A stretch of 64,000 nt of DNA, taken from the NCBI GenBank assembly GCA_963755915.1, contig CAVWLP010000002.1, positions 1,984,001 through 2,048,000 on the forward strand. The letters run 5' to 3'. Every line of letters starts with the position of its first letter. Within the stretch, counting starts at the first letter, position 1. This document shows, in pieces, positions 8,897 through 17,212 of the stretch. The translations under genes were made by a program, and so were the position numbers. Below the pieces are notes generated by a model that saw only the letters and a program-made list of their open reading frames with translations, did no database searches and was not told the origin of the DNA. Source of the DNA: an uncultured Phycisphaerales bacterium (GTDB lineage Bacteria; Planctomycetota; Phycisphaerae; Tepidisphaerales; Tepidisphaeraceae).

Positions 8897-9691
8897 GTGA
8901 TGAGCAGACCGACGGCACATCCCGATCCCTGGTCCGCGCTTGGCCGGCATACGGCCGTGCGCATTGCCCTGGGTCGGGCCGGCGGTTCGCTACCGACGGG
9001 GGAATTGCTCAGATTCGCTTACGATCATGCGGAGGCGCGCGACGCGGTGCATGCGCCGTTCGATCTGGGCCGGCTTGAGGCGGATTTGGCGAAGGTGGGG
9101 AGTCCGATTGTTCGGGTTGCTTCACGGGTGACGGATCGGCTGGTTTATCTTCAACGACCCGATCTGGGGAGCCAGTTGGATGAAGCGGGCACCGCGGAGC
9201 TTTCGCGCGTTGCCGCGTCGCATCCGGATGGATTCGATCTTGCGCTGATTGTCGCTGATGGTCTTTCCGCGACCGCCGGCCAAAGCCATGCGGCGGCGGT
9301 GGTAAGCGATTTGGTTGATCTTCTGCGGCAGGATCGCATTCGTCTTGCGCCGCTGATTTTGGCTCGATTCGCCCGGGTGGCGCTTGAGGATGAAATCGGA
9401 CATCTACTGCGCGCTCGTGCGAGCCTCATTCTCCTCGGGGAACGCCCGGGGCTTGGAACGGCTGACAGCCTGGGGGCGTACCTGGTTTTCGATCCCAAGC
9501 CCGGGCGAAGCAATGCCGATCGGAACTGCGTCTCCAACATCCGCCCCGGCGGGCTTCGTCCCGAATTCGCGGCGCACACCCTGCATTACCTGGTCGCCCA
9601 GTGCCTGCAGCGGCAAATCAGCGGTATCCATCTCAAGGATGAACGGGAAGGCAGGATGAAACAGATGACTCACCGTGCCGCCGAAGGCTGA
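8897..9691 (+). CDS. eutC: Ethanolamine ammonia-lyase small subunit
   Basis: RIALGRAG, HAEARDAVH, YLQRPDLG, ADGLSA, GERPGL and RNCVSNI motifs; directly follows eutB. Confidence 0.96.
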   Translation: MMSRPTAHPDPWSALGRHTAVRIALGRAGGSLPTGELLRFAYDHAEARDAVHAPFDLGRLEADLAKVGSPIVRVASRVTDRLVYLQRPDLGSQLDEAGTAELSRVAASHPDGFDLALIVADGLSATAGQSHAAAVVSDLVDLLRQDRIRLAPLILARFARVALEDEIGHLLRARASLILLGERPGLGTADSLGAYLVFDPKPGRSNADRNCVSNIRPGGLRPEFAAHTLHYLVAQCLQRQISGIHLKDEREGRMKQMTHRAAEG

Positions 9692-9884
9692 CGATTTGAA
9701 ATCTGCCGCCGAAACATTCGCATCCATAATCGCCAATCCGCCACCAAATCTCACCGCTCTTACCCCCTTTACCGCCATTCGGATGCAATGTCCGCCAGTC
9801 GCCCCACAGGGGCTGGCGCACAACCCCCTTCAAGCTGTTACAATCCAGGTAAGCGGCTGCCGCTAAATTTAACAGGAGCTTTTC

Positions 9885-10205
9885 ATGGGCGATCTTATAA
9901 GCAAGGCAATCCTTTCCGGGTTGGGGCTCGCCAGCCTCACCAAGGACGCAATCAAAAAAACGGCCGAAGACCTCGTCAGTCAATCCAAGCTTTCCGAGGC
10001 AGAGGGCCGGCGGCTCGTTCGCGACTTCCAGCGACGAACTTCCAAGGCTCATAAGGCCATCGAAACCAAAGTCGAAACCGCGATCCACAACGCCCTCGAG
10101 AGCCTCGACCCTGCCGCTCTCCAGGCGCGCGTGAAAAACCTCAAATCGGGCAAGCCCGCCACAAAACGCAAACGCTCAGGAGGCGCGAGCAAAACCGCCG
10201 ACTGA
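9885..10205 (+). CDS. Phasin-like (PhaF/PhaI-type) small protein
   Basis: KAILSGLGLASLTKDAIKKTAEDLVSQSKLSEAEGRRLV pattern, basic C-terminal tail, RBS caggag. Confidence 0.7.
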   Translation: MGDLISKAILSGLGLASLTKDAIKKTAEDLVSQSKLSEAEGRRLVRDFQRRTSKAHKAIETKVETAIHNALESLDPAALQARVKNLKSGKPATKRKRSGGASKTAD

Positions 10206-10219
10206 AACGAATAACCTCG

Positions 10220-11875
10220 ATGCAACTTCAATCCGTCACTCATATCCCAGGGGATGTCGCCCGCGCCTCGGAAGTCGTCCGCGTGCTCGTCAAGCACGGG
10301 CTGGCGGCCTGGCTTGAAGGCACCGAATGGGCCCCCGCCCGCCGCCTTCTCACCAGCCACACCGGCGAAATCCTCACCGACCAACCCTTCCCCGTCCGTC
10401 TGCGAATGGCCCTTTCCGACCTGGGCACCACCTTCATCAAGCTAGGCCAGGTTCTGGGGACACGTCCAGACCTTGTCGGTCTCGACATCGCCGCCGAGCT
10501 TGCCAAGCTTCAAAGTGGCACACCCGCCGACCCTCCCGAAGTTGTCGTCGCCACCGTCGAAAAAGAGCTGGGCCGGCCCATCGCCGAATGCTTCCTCGAA
10601 TTCGACCGCGAGGCGTTGGCCTCCGCCTCCGTCGGGCAGGTCCATCGCGCCAAGCTCCTTAGCGGCCGGCCCGTCGTCGTGAAAGTCCAGCACCCCGGCA
10701 TCGAAGGGACCATCCATCGCGATCTCAATATTCTCGGCAACCTCGCCTCGCTCGCCGAGCGCCAGCAGGACTTGAAACGCTATCAGCCCGCCGCCGTCGT
10801 TCGCGAGTTCAGCGAAACACTGATGCGCGAGCTCGATTTCCGCCGCGAGATGCGCAGCCTCCAGCAGTTCCGCCGAAACTTCGCGGATGATAAAACCGTC
10901 GTTTTCCCCAAGCCCTACCCCGAGCTGTGCAACGGGCGGGTGCTGACGATGCAGATGCTCAAGGGCATCAGCGTCGGCAACGCCAAGAAGCTGAAGAAAC
11001 GCAACATCGATCCCGAAGCCCTCGCCAAGCAGGGCGCCGGTGTTTTCGTGCAGATGATTTTCCGCGACGGCTTCTATCACGCCGACCCGCACCCGGGAAA
11101 CATCATCGTCATGACCCGGGGCCGCATCGGCATCCTCGACGCCGGCATGGTCGGGCGCATCGACGACGAGCTGCGCCAGCGGATCATCGAGATTCTTCTT
11201 GCCGCCGCCGACCGGGATGCGCCGCGGCTCGCCGATGTCATCGCTGAACTCACAAAAGCGCCCGCCGACCTCGATCGCGGCGGTCTCAGCGCCGATCTTA
11301 TGGAAGTCTTCGGCCAGTACGGCACCCAATCCGTCGGCCAATTCGACATCGGCGGCGCGCTCACCTCCGTCACCCGCATCATGCATGAATACAACCTCTT
11401 CATGCCCAGCCGGCTCTCGATGCTGATCAAGTGCCTGATCGTCCTGGAGGGAACCGCCAAGGGGATGAGCGCCAATTTCAACCTCGCCGACCTTCTTCAG
11501 CCCTTTCAGCGCCAGTTTGTGCTTCAGCAGCTTTCCCCCGAAGCGTGGATGCGCAAGCTCCGGCGTCTGCGGCGCGACTGGGAGGTGCTGGCCGAGACCA
11601 TCCCCCGCAGTTTCAACAAGCTCCTCGAGCAGCTTCAAACCGGAAACCTCGCCATTCGCATCAAGCACCGCCCGCTGGAGCGCTCGGCGAGCCGCCTGGT
11701 TTACGGATTGTGCACCAGCGCGTTTCTGCTCGCCTCGGCGATGCTGTGGGTGAACCATGTGCCGCCAACGATTCGCGGCGTTTCCATCCTCGGCGCTGCC
11801 GGCTATTTCGTCGCGGTCTTCCTGGGCTTTCGCATTCTTTGGTCCATCACGTGGGATCGGCGAAAAGACGATTGA
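10220..11875 (+). CDS. AarF/ABC1/UbiB-family atypical kinase
   Basis: LGTTFIKLGQ, ASASVGQVH, VVVKVQHPG, ELDF, FYHADPHPGN and LDAGMVG motifs; two C-terminal TM helices. Confidence 0.93.
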   Translation: MQLQSVTHIPGDVARASEVVRVLVKHGLAAWLEGTEWAPARRLLTSHTGEILTDQPFPVRLRMALSDLGTTFIKLGQVLGTRPDLVGLDIAAELAKLQSGTPADPPEVVVATVEKELGRPIAECFLEFDREALASASVGQVHRAKLLSGRPVVVKVQHPGIEGTIHRDLNILGNLASLAERQQDLKRYQPAAVVREFSETLMRELDFRREMRSLQQFRRNFADDKTVVFPKPYPELCNGRVLTMQMLKGISVGNAKKLKKRNIDPEALAKQGAGVFVQMIFRDGFYHADPHPGNIIVMTRGRIGILDAGMVGRIDDELRQRIIEILLAAADRDAPRLADVIAELTKAPADLDRGGLSADLMEVFGQYGTQSVGQFDIGGALTSVTRIMHEYNLFMPSRLSMLIKCLIVLEGTAKGMSANFNLADLLQPFQRQFVLQQLSPEAWMRKLRRLRRDWEVLAETIPRSFNKLLEQLQTGNLAIRIKHRPLERSASRLVYGLCTSAFLLASAMLWVNHVPPTIRGVSILGAAGYFVAVFLGFRILWSITWDRRKDD

Positions 11876-11900
11876 GTGGCGCTATAACCGCGGAAAAAAA

Positions 11901-11968
11901 GTAGCAGGGGGATTGCGGTACAAAAGGTAACACTCCGCAACAAGCTGGGCAGGATGGGTAAGATGGGC
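11901..11968 (+). repeat. Dispersed intergenic repeat, copy A
   Basis: The 36-nt core at 11914-11949 matches 44245-44280 at 32/36 positions; flanks are also similar. Confidence 0.75.
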
Positions 11969-12330
11969 AACCTTCCTTGTCGCGGGAGTGCAGCGTTCGC
12001 GGAGAAATACCATAAATATCTTGATGAGTAGATTTTCTGTGGTGAATCGATGTGATTGGCAGAGGATCGAGCCAATCTTGTCTTTCGGGACTTTTGCGCC
12101 TTCGCGTTTGGCTTGCAATATGGTCATTGGCGGTCACGGCAGGGATGCATCGGATACAATAATGTCAAATGGAGGCTTCAATGGTTGAAGAAACACGAAA
12201 ATCGATCCGGAAGTTTCAACCGGAGGAAGACCACCCGCACGTTGCGGATCGAGCCCACGTTGTGTCCCCGCGAGCCCCAGAAGTCCGAGGAAAACGGCCG
12301 GAAAAACAGCAGAAATCGATATAATGGGTT

Positions 12331-12389
12331 CACGTCACTCTTCGTTGTCCGCGTCACTTTTAGTCGTTCCGCGTCACTCTTAGTTGTCC
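12331..12389. repeat. Three imperfect 19-20-nt tandem repeats
   Basis: cacgtcactcttcgttgtc / cgcgtcacttttagtcgttc / cgcgtcactcttagttgtcc. Confidence 0.8.
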
Positions 12390-12411
12390 TGGTTATTTGG
12401 AATCAGAGATC

Positions 12412-13563
12412 ATGAGCCAAAACGAACCTGTAATCGGGAACGATCCATGTCCCTGCGGCAGCGGGCGCGGATATAAAGAGTGTTGTCGGCCTCGCGTCAC
12501 GGGAAACGTCGTCCCGTCTCCGGAAATTCTGATACGGCACCAACAACACATACTGGACGAACAGAACCGGGTTGCCCAATTCGGTCATGTTCGCCCGATC
12601 ATTCATGCGGATTGGAAGAGCAAAACATGGGTTGCGGTGGGCGACACACTGCACGCTTCGGATCAATGGAAGACGTTTCTCGATTTCTTGTGGGACCACA
12701 TTATTTTCGTATTGGGACCTGATTGGGGTCAGATGGAACTCCAAAAAGATCCCGCCGCGCGGCATCCGATTTTAGATTGGTACGTGCGGACCTGTAATTT
12801 GCAGGCTCAGGCAGGTCAATCAAAGGGCCCAAGCGGGATCTATGCGTTGAAGCCGAACGGTGTCGCCGCGGCCTATTTCAACCTAGCGTATGACTTATAC
12901 GTGCTTCGCCACCACCAATCGCTTTTGGATAGCGTGGTGCGCCGGTTGAAACGCCACGACCAGTTTCAAGGCGCTCGGTATGAGCTCTTTGTCACTGCTA
13001 CCTGCATTCGTGCCGGTTTCGATATCAAGCACGAGGACGAGTCGGACACAAGCCGTAAACATCCGGAATTTGGAGCAGCCCATCGCGCAAGCGGACAACA
13101 TCTGTGGGTCGAGGCTAAAAGTAAGCACAGGGCCGGCGTACTTGGTTATGCGGGTGAGCGTGAGGCTTCTGAGCCTCGCGCGAATGTGAAATGGCTATTG
13201 CAGGACGCCGCGGCCATAGCGCCAGAGGGTCCTTACGTGGTGTTTGTTGACGTCAATATTTCTCCATCGAAGGTATCCGTTTTTGACACAGTTTGGTGCA
13301 AAGCATGCTTGGATAGCTTTTGCGACTTGGCCGACGGCTCGGCCAGCCCAGCAGAACCGTTCAATATGGCGATCTTCACGAACCATCCGTATCATTACGG
13401 TGCCGACAGCGACGCTACTCCTGGCTTTAGCTATGTAGCTATTTTGCGCAACAACCCAAACACTCAATTGCGCATCCACAGGCCCTTATGGGCCTCATCG
13501 CCGCGGTTCAATCCTATGGCCAAATTCCACAGGCATTTCCTAGTGAATAGAATTCAGCATTGA
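12412..13563 (+). CDS. SEC-C motif protein with a possible C-terminal PD-(D/E)xK-like domain
   Basis: N-terminal GNDPCPCGSGRGYKECC; later YEL...AGF...KHPEF...LWVEAKSK. Visibly more AT-rich than its neighbours. Confidence 0.75.
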   Translation: MSQNEPVIGNDPCPCGSGRGYKECCRPRVTGNVVPSPEILIRHQQHILDEQNRVAQFGHVRPIIHADWKSKTWVAVGDTLHASDQWKTFLDFLWDHIIFVLGPDWGQMELQKDPAARHPILDWYVRTCNLQAQAGQSKGPSGIYALKPNGVAAAYFNLAYDLYVLRHHQSLLDSVVRRLKRHDQFQGARYELFVTATCIRAGFDIKHEDESDTSRKHPEFGAAHRASGQHLWVEAKSKHRAGVLGYAGEREASEPRANVKWLLQDAAAIAPEGPYVVFVDVNISPSKVSVFDTVWCKACLDSFCDLADGSASPAEPFNMAIFTNHPYHYGADSDATPGFSYVAILRNNPNTQLRIHRPLWASSPRFNPMAKFHRHFLVNRIQH

Positions 13564-13589
13564 AATGTAGCGAAATGAATAAAAGGTAC

Positions 13590-13626
13590 GTCCCATTTAT
13601 TCAATCCCGTCCCATTTATTCAATCC
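13590..13626. repeat. Tandem duplication gtcccatttattcaatcc x2
   Basis: Copies at 13590-13607 and 13609-13626, just downstream of the SEC-C gene. Confidence 0.8.
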
Positions 13627-13836
13627 GGCTCGATACAGAATAGAAACCGATCCCGTTTGTATCTCCGGACAGGATGGGAAGTGACCCCTCCTCTTTATGT
13701 CCCTCGTGGCGAGCCAAATAACGCGGATCGCCGGGGATTTCGGTATGGCAGCCGGTAATCCAGGCCCCTCGACTGTGAGATTTTTATGTCCGGTTGGGCT
13801 CCAGCAGCGGGCATAATGGAGGTGGAGATCGCGAGC

Positions 13837-15318
13837 ATGACCGATTTGGAGCTTTTGAAGCGTTACGTGGGGGGCGACCACGATGCGTTCGGGCAGCTCT
13901 TTCGCAGGCATGCGAATTGGGTTTACTCAGTCGCCAGCCGGCGGGTAAGCGATCCGTCACTGGCGGAGGACGTGACCCAGGCGACGTTTATCCTCTTGGT
14001 GCGCCAGGCCAGAACAATGGGGGATGGAGTGATTTTGCCGGCATGGCTGCTGAGAACGGTCATCTTCATGGTGGGACAAGCGATGAGGTCCGAGACTCGG
14101 CGAAAAGAACGCGAGAGGCGGGCGGCGATGATGCGAACAGATCAAAAAAAGCCAATGTCGGATTGGGAATGGAAGCTCGATGAATGCGTCCATGCCTGCG
14201 CCAAAAGGACCGGCAGGCGGTAGTGTTGCGGTTCTATGCAGAGAAATCCCTGGCCGAAGTCGGAATGGAGATGGGAACTTCGGAAGACGCCGCGCGAAAG
14301 AGAATTTCGCGGGCGATGGAAAGTCTCAAGCGAATGATGGAGTCAAAGGCGCAGGCGCGGGGATCGGTCTGGCCGTCATGACGGATTGCCTGGCCAATCG
14401 GTGGGTGCAGGCAGCACCGGCGCGATTGTTGGAAACGCGATGGGAGGCGGCAATGTCAACCGGCTCAAACGCTTGGTCAATCGTGAAGACGGCCAATCAT
14501 GCGGTGATCATGGGCAAAGTGAAACTGACGGCGGCGATCGTGTTGCTGGCAATTGTGCCAGCCGTGGTTTGGATAGGAGCGATCTTGCGCGGGCCGACGG
14601 CGTTGCGGGGACGCCGCGAACCGACGGCTCCACCGCGACCGCGCGAGCCGACAGCGCGGCGGGGACGGGGCGGGCGGGGCTGGAGTTTCACATTTTTGCC
14701 GACCGAGTCACCGCGACGCCGGCGCAGTTGGCGGCGATGGATGCGCGGCTCGTGCCCGGAGGCGCCGGTCCTGCCGTTCAGGCGGGGGATGCCATCGCCT
14801 GGTTCGAGGTGGAGCACCCGGAGCAATATGATCGTGCCGGCGAGCCGCCACAAACACGGCAATGGGGCGGCAAGCATTACCTCCCGTTGCTCGTGACAGC
14901 GGATGCGTCAATGAATTCCGCCGACAGGATATGGAGACTCCAGAATGTCCGCGAGCAGATCGAGCCCGAAGGGACGCGCTGCATCGTGTTCCAGTTTGAT
15001 AACTCTGGGGCGAAGTTGTTTGGTGATTTCACGACACGATGGTTGAATCTGGCCAAAAGACATACGGAAATACGAGACGCGCATGCCCGATTGGCTGTTG
15101 TGGTGGACGGTCGGATCATCAGCGTCCCAAACATCAACGCGGCCATCACGGGCGGGTCGGGAATCATCACAGGCGGAGGCAACGGTGGATTTAACGCAGA
15201 CGAGATTGCGCAGTTGCTTGGCGAAATGCGCGACGGTGGCACGACCGCTGAAGTCTCGCGCCTGGCACGACACAGCCGTAAGACGCGTTCCTCCGCGGGT
15301 ACGGCAGCAGTCCGTTAG
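13837..15318 (+). CDS. ECF sigma-70 factor with a TM helix and a C-terminal SecDF-P1-head-like domain (split by about 3 frameshifts)
   Basis: Sigma2 (DHDAFGQLFRRHANWVYS...AEDVTQATF...AWL) in the 13786 frame. Sigma4 (DRQAVVLRFYAEKSLAEVG...ARKRISRAMESL) in the 14184 frame. TM helix in the 14180 frame. LAVVVDGRIISVPNINAAITGGSGIITG in the 14386 frame. Confidence 0.8.
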
Positions 15319-15367
15319 GTTTGCCACTTCGCTATGTAAACGCGGACGCAAAAAAAGATCATGGGTC

Positions 15368-16918
15368 GAATGCCATTCGCTTAGCTCGTAACTCCGCGCC
15401 GGCACTGCATTTACTGGATTTGCGCAAGACGTAGCCTCCTGTCAGAATGGTGGTGTCTAGATCACCAACCAACAGGAGGCCACGGATGGCTATCATCGCT
15501 TCAACCCTCGCTCGAATCAAATCCGATCCGCTCAACTGCATCGGAGGCAAACAACGCGTCAACGAGCACTTTGCCCAGGCCGGTCACGTCTGGCGGCAAC
15601 GGTTGCTCGATCCGGCGACGACACTGACGCTGTTCATCCTCCAGGTACTGCACGGCAATACCGCCATCACTCACCTGCGGCAACTGAGTCGCATCACCGT
15701 GGCCGCGGCCAGTTATTGCCAGGCCCGGGCTCGCTTGCCGCTGGAGGCGCTGGCGCAACTGGTTGAGAATGTCTCTCGCAACGCCATTGTCTCCATTCAA
15801 TCGCAGGCGGAGGATGGCGCGAAACCCTCGCCGGGTCCGGCCTCCTGGCTGGGACGACGCGTGATCCTCTGTGACGGCACCTCCGTTACGACGCCGGACG
15901 CGGCGCCCCTGCAGCAGCGCTGGCCACAGCCCTCCACGCAGAAACCGGGATGCGGGCTTCCAATGATTAAGCTGCTGGGAATGCTGGACCTGGCCACCGG
16001 CATGATTCTGCATCTGACGATGATGTCCATGAATTGCCATGAGATGGGCCAACTCGTCGGACTGCACGCGGCGCTGCAGCCGCAAGACGTGCTACTGGCG
16101 GATCGGGGGTTCTGCTCGTTCGTTCACCTGGCTTTGCTCTCGGTTTTTCCGATGGATGCGGTGTTCCGGATGCATCAGAACATGATCGTGGATTTCACAA
16201 CCGGCCGGCGTCATGCCCCCCGGCGCGGCAAGAAAAGCAAACGCGGCAAGCCCAAGTCCAAATTCATCCGGAAGCTGGGCCAGGAAGATCAGATTGTCCA
16301 ATGGCTCAGGCCGCGGGTGGCTCCCAAATGGATCGGCGCATCGCTCTTCGCCGGCCTGGCCCCGACACTGCTGGTGCGGGAGCTTCGCTACCGCATTACC
16401 GTGCGCGGCCGGCGCACCCGTGTCGTGACCATCGCCACCACGTTGCTGGACCCGCTGCGATATCCCAAGCGACGCATCGCCGAACTCTATGGACTGCGCT
16501 GGGAGGTCGAGACCAACTTCCGCCATCTCAAGATCACGATGGGAATGCACCGGCTCAAGTGCAAAAGCGCCCAGGGCGTGCTCAAGGAACTCATGATCTT
16601 CGTGCTGGTCTACAACCTGGTCCGCGCGGCGATGGTGCTGGTGGCGCTTCGGCAACGCGCCAACGATCCCAATCGCATCAGCTTCATCGATGCGCTACGG
16701 TGGCTGCAGGAGAGAATCGATCACCTCTGTCTCACAGGTGTCCCCGAATTGCCCGGCGCCGGCCGTCGATCTGATCGTCAACCGACTGCGTGCGGAGCGT
16801 TGGTGTCCGCGCGTCACAAAGCGGCGGAAAAAGCAATGCGATCTGATGACCAAATCGCGGCGCGAGTACGCAGAACCGCCAATGGAGACACAACTTGCGG
16901 GCTAAGCGAATGGCATTC
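15368..16918 (+). mobile_element. IS4-family insertion sequence, complete
   Basis: Terminal IR gaatgccattcgcttagc is perfect over 18 bp (22/24 when extended). An 11-bp target duplication gatcatgggtc lies at 15357-15367 and 16919-16929. Confidence 0.95.
15486..16905 (+). CDS. IS4-family transposase (one frameshift near 16750)
   Basis: CDGTS, LADRGF and YGLRWEVETNFRHLK motifs. The C-terminus ...PRVTKRRKK...QLAG* is in the 16690 frame and its stop lies inside the right IR. RBS caggagg. Confidence 0.9.
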
Positions 16919-17212
16919 GATCATGGGTCCTTTTTGCGCCTCGGCTTTTCCGGACCTTCATGCCGATGTCCAATCACCGCTTCTGTCGCGTTTCGCGATT
17001 CGCCTGACGCAATCTCTTGCGCACATAAGTCCCATTTTTACCGGATAATGTCTACAACTATTCTCTTTGCCTGCCCTCAAATCCTGAGTTAAAATCGGGG
17101 ATATGGGGATGGGATGGCGGGATTTGAAAATGTTTCGCGGAATAATCGCAACGAAATTCTATAAATCTCCGCTTCGCGAAGTGTTAAATTTGTCCCAAGT
17201 GAAGATCGATTT

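Noticed and set aside
12331-12389. Possible mini-CRISPR array
   Set aside because: The repeats are directly adjacent with no spacers, and no cas genes are present in the window.
14219-14235. GGTAGTG as a left end of the IS1-like element
   Set aside because: It lies within the sigma4 coding region and the following bases do not match the IR consensus.
16906-17048. Transposase C-terminus extending beyond the IS as given in the ORF track
   Set aside because: The extension crosses the right inverted repeat. The real C-terminus is in the shifted frame ending at 16905.
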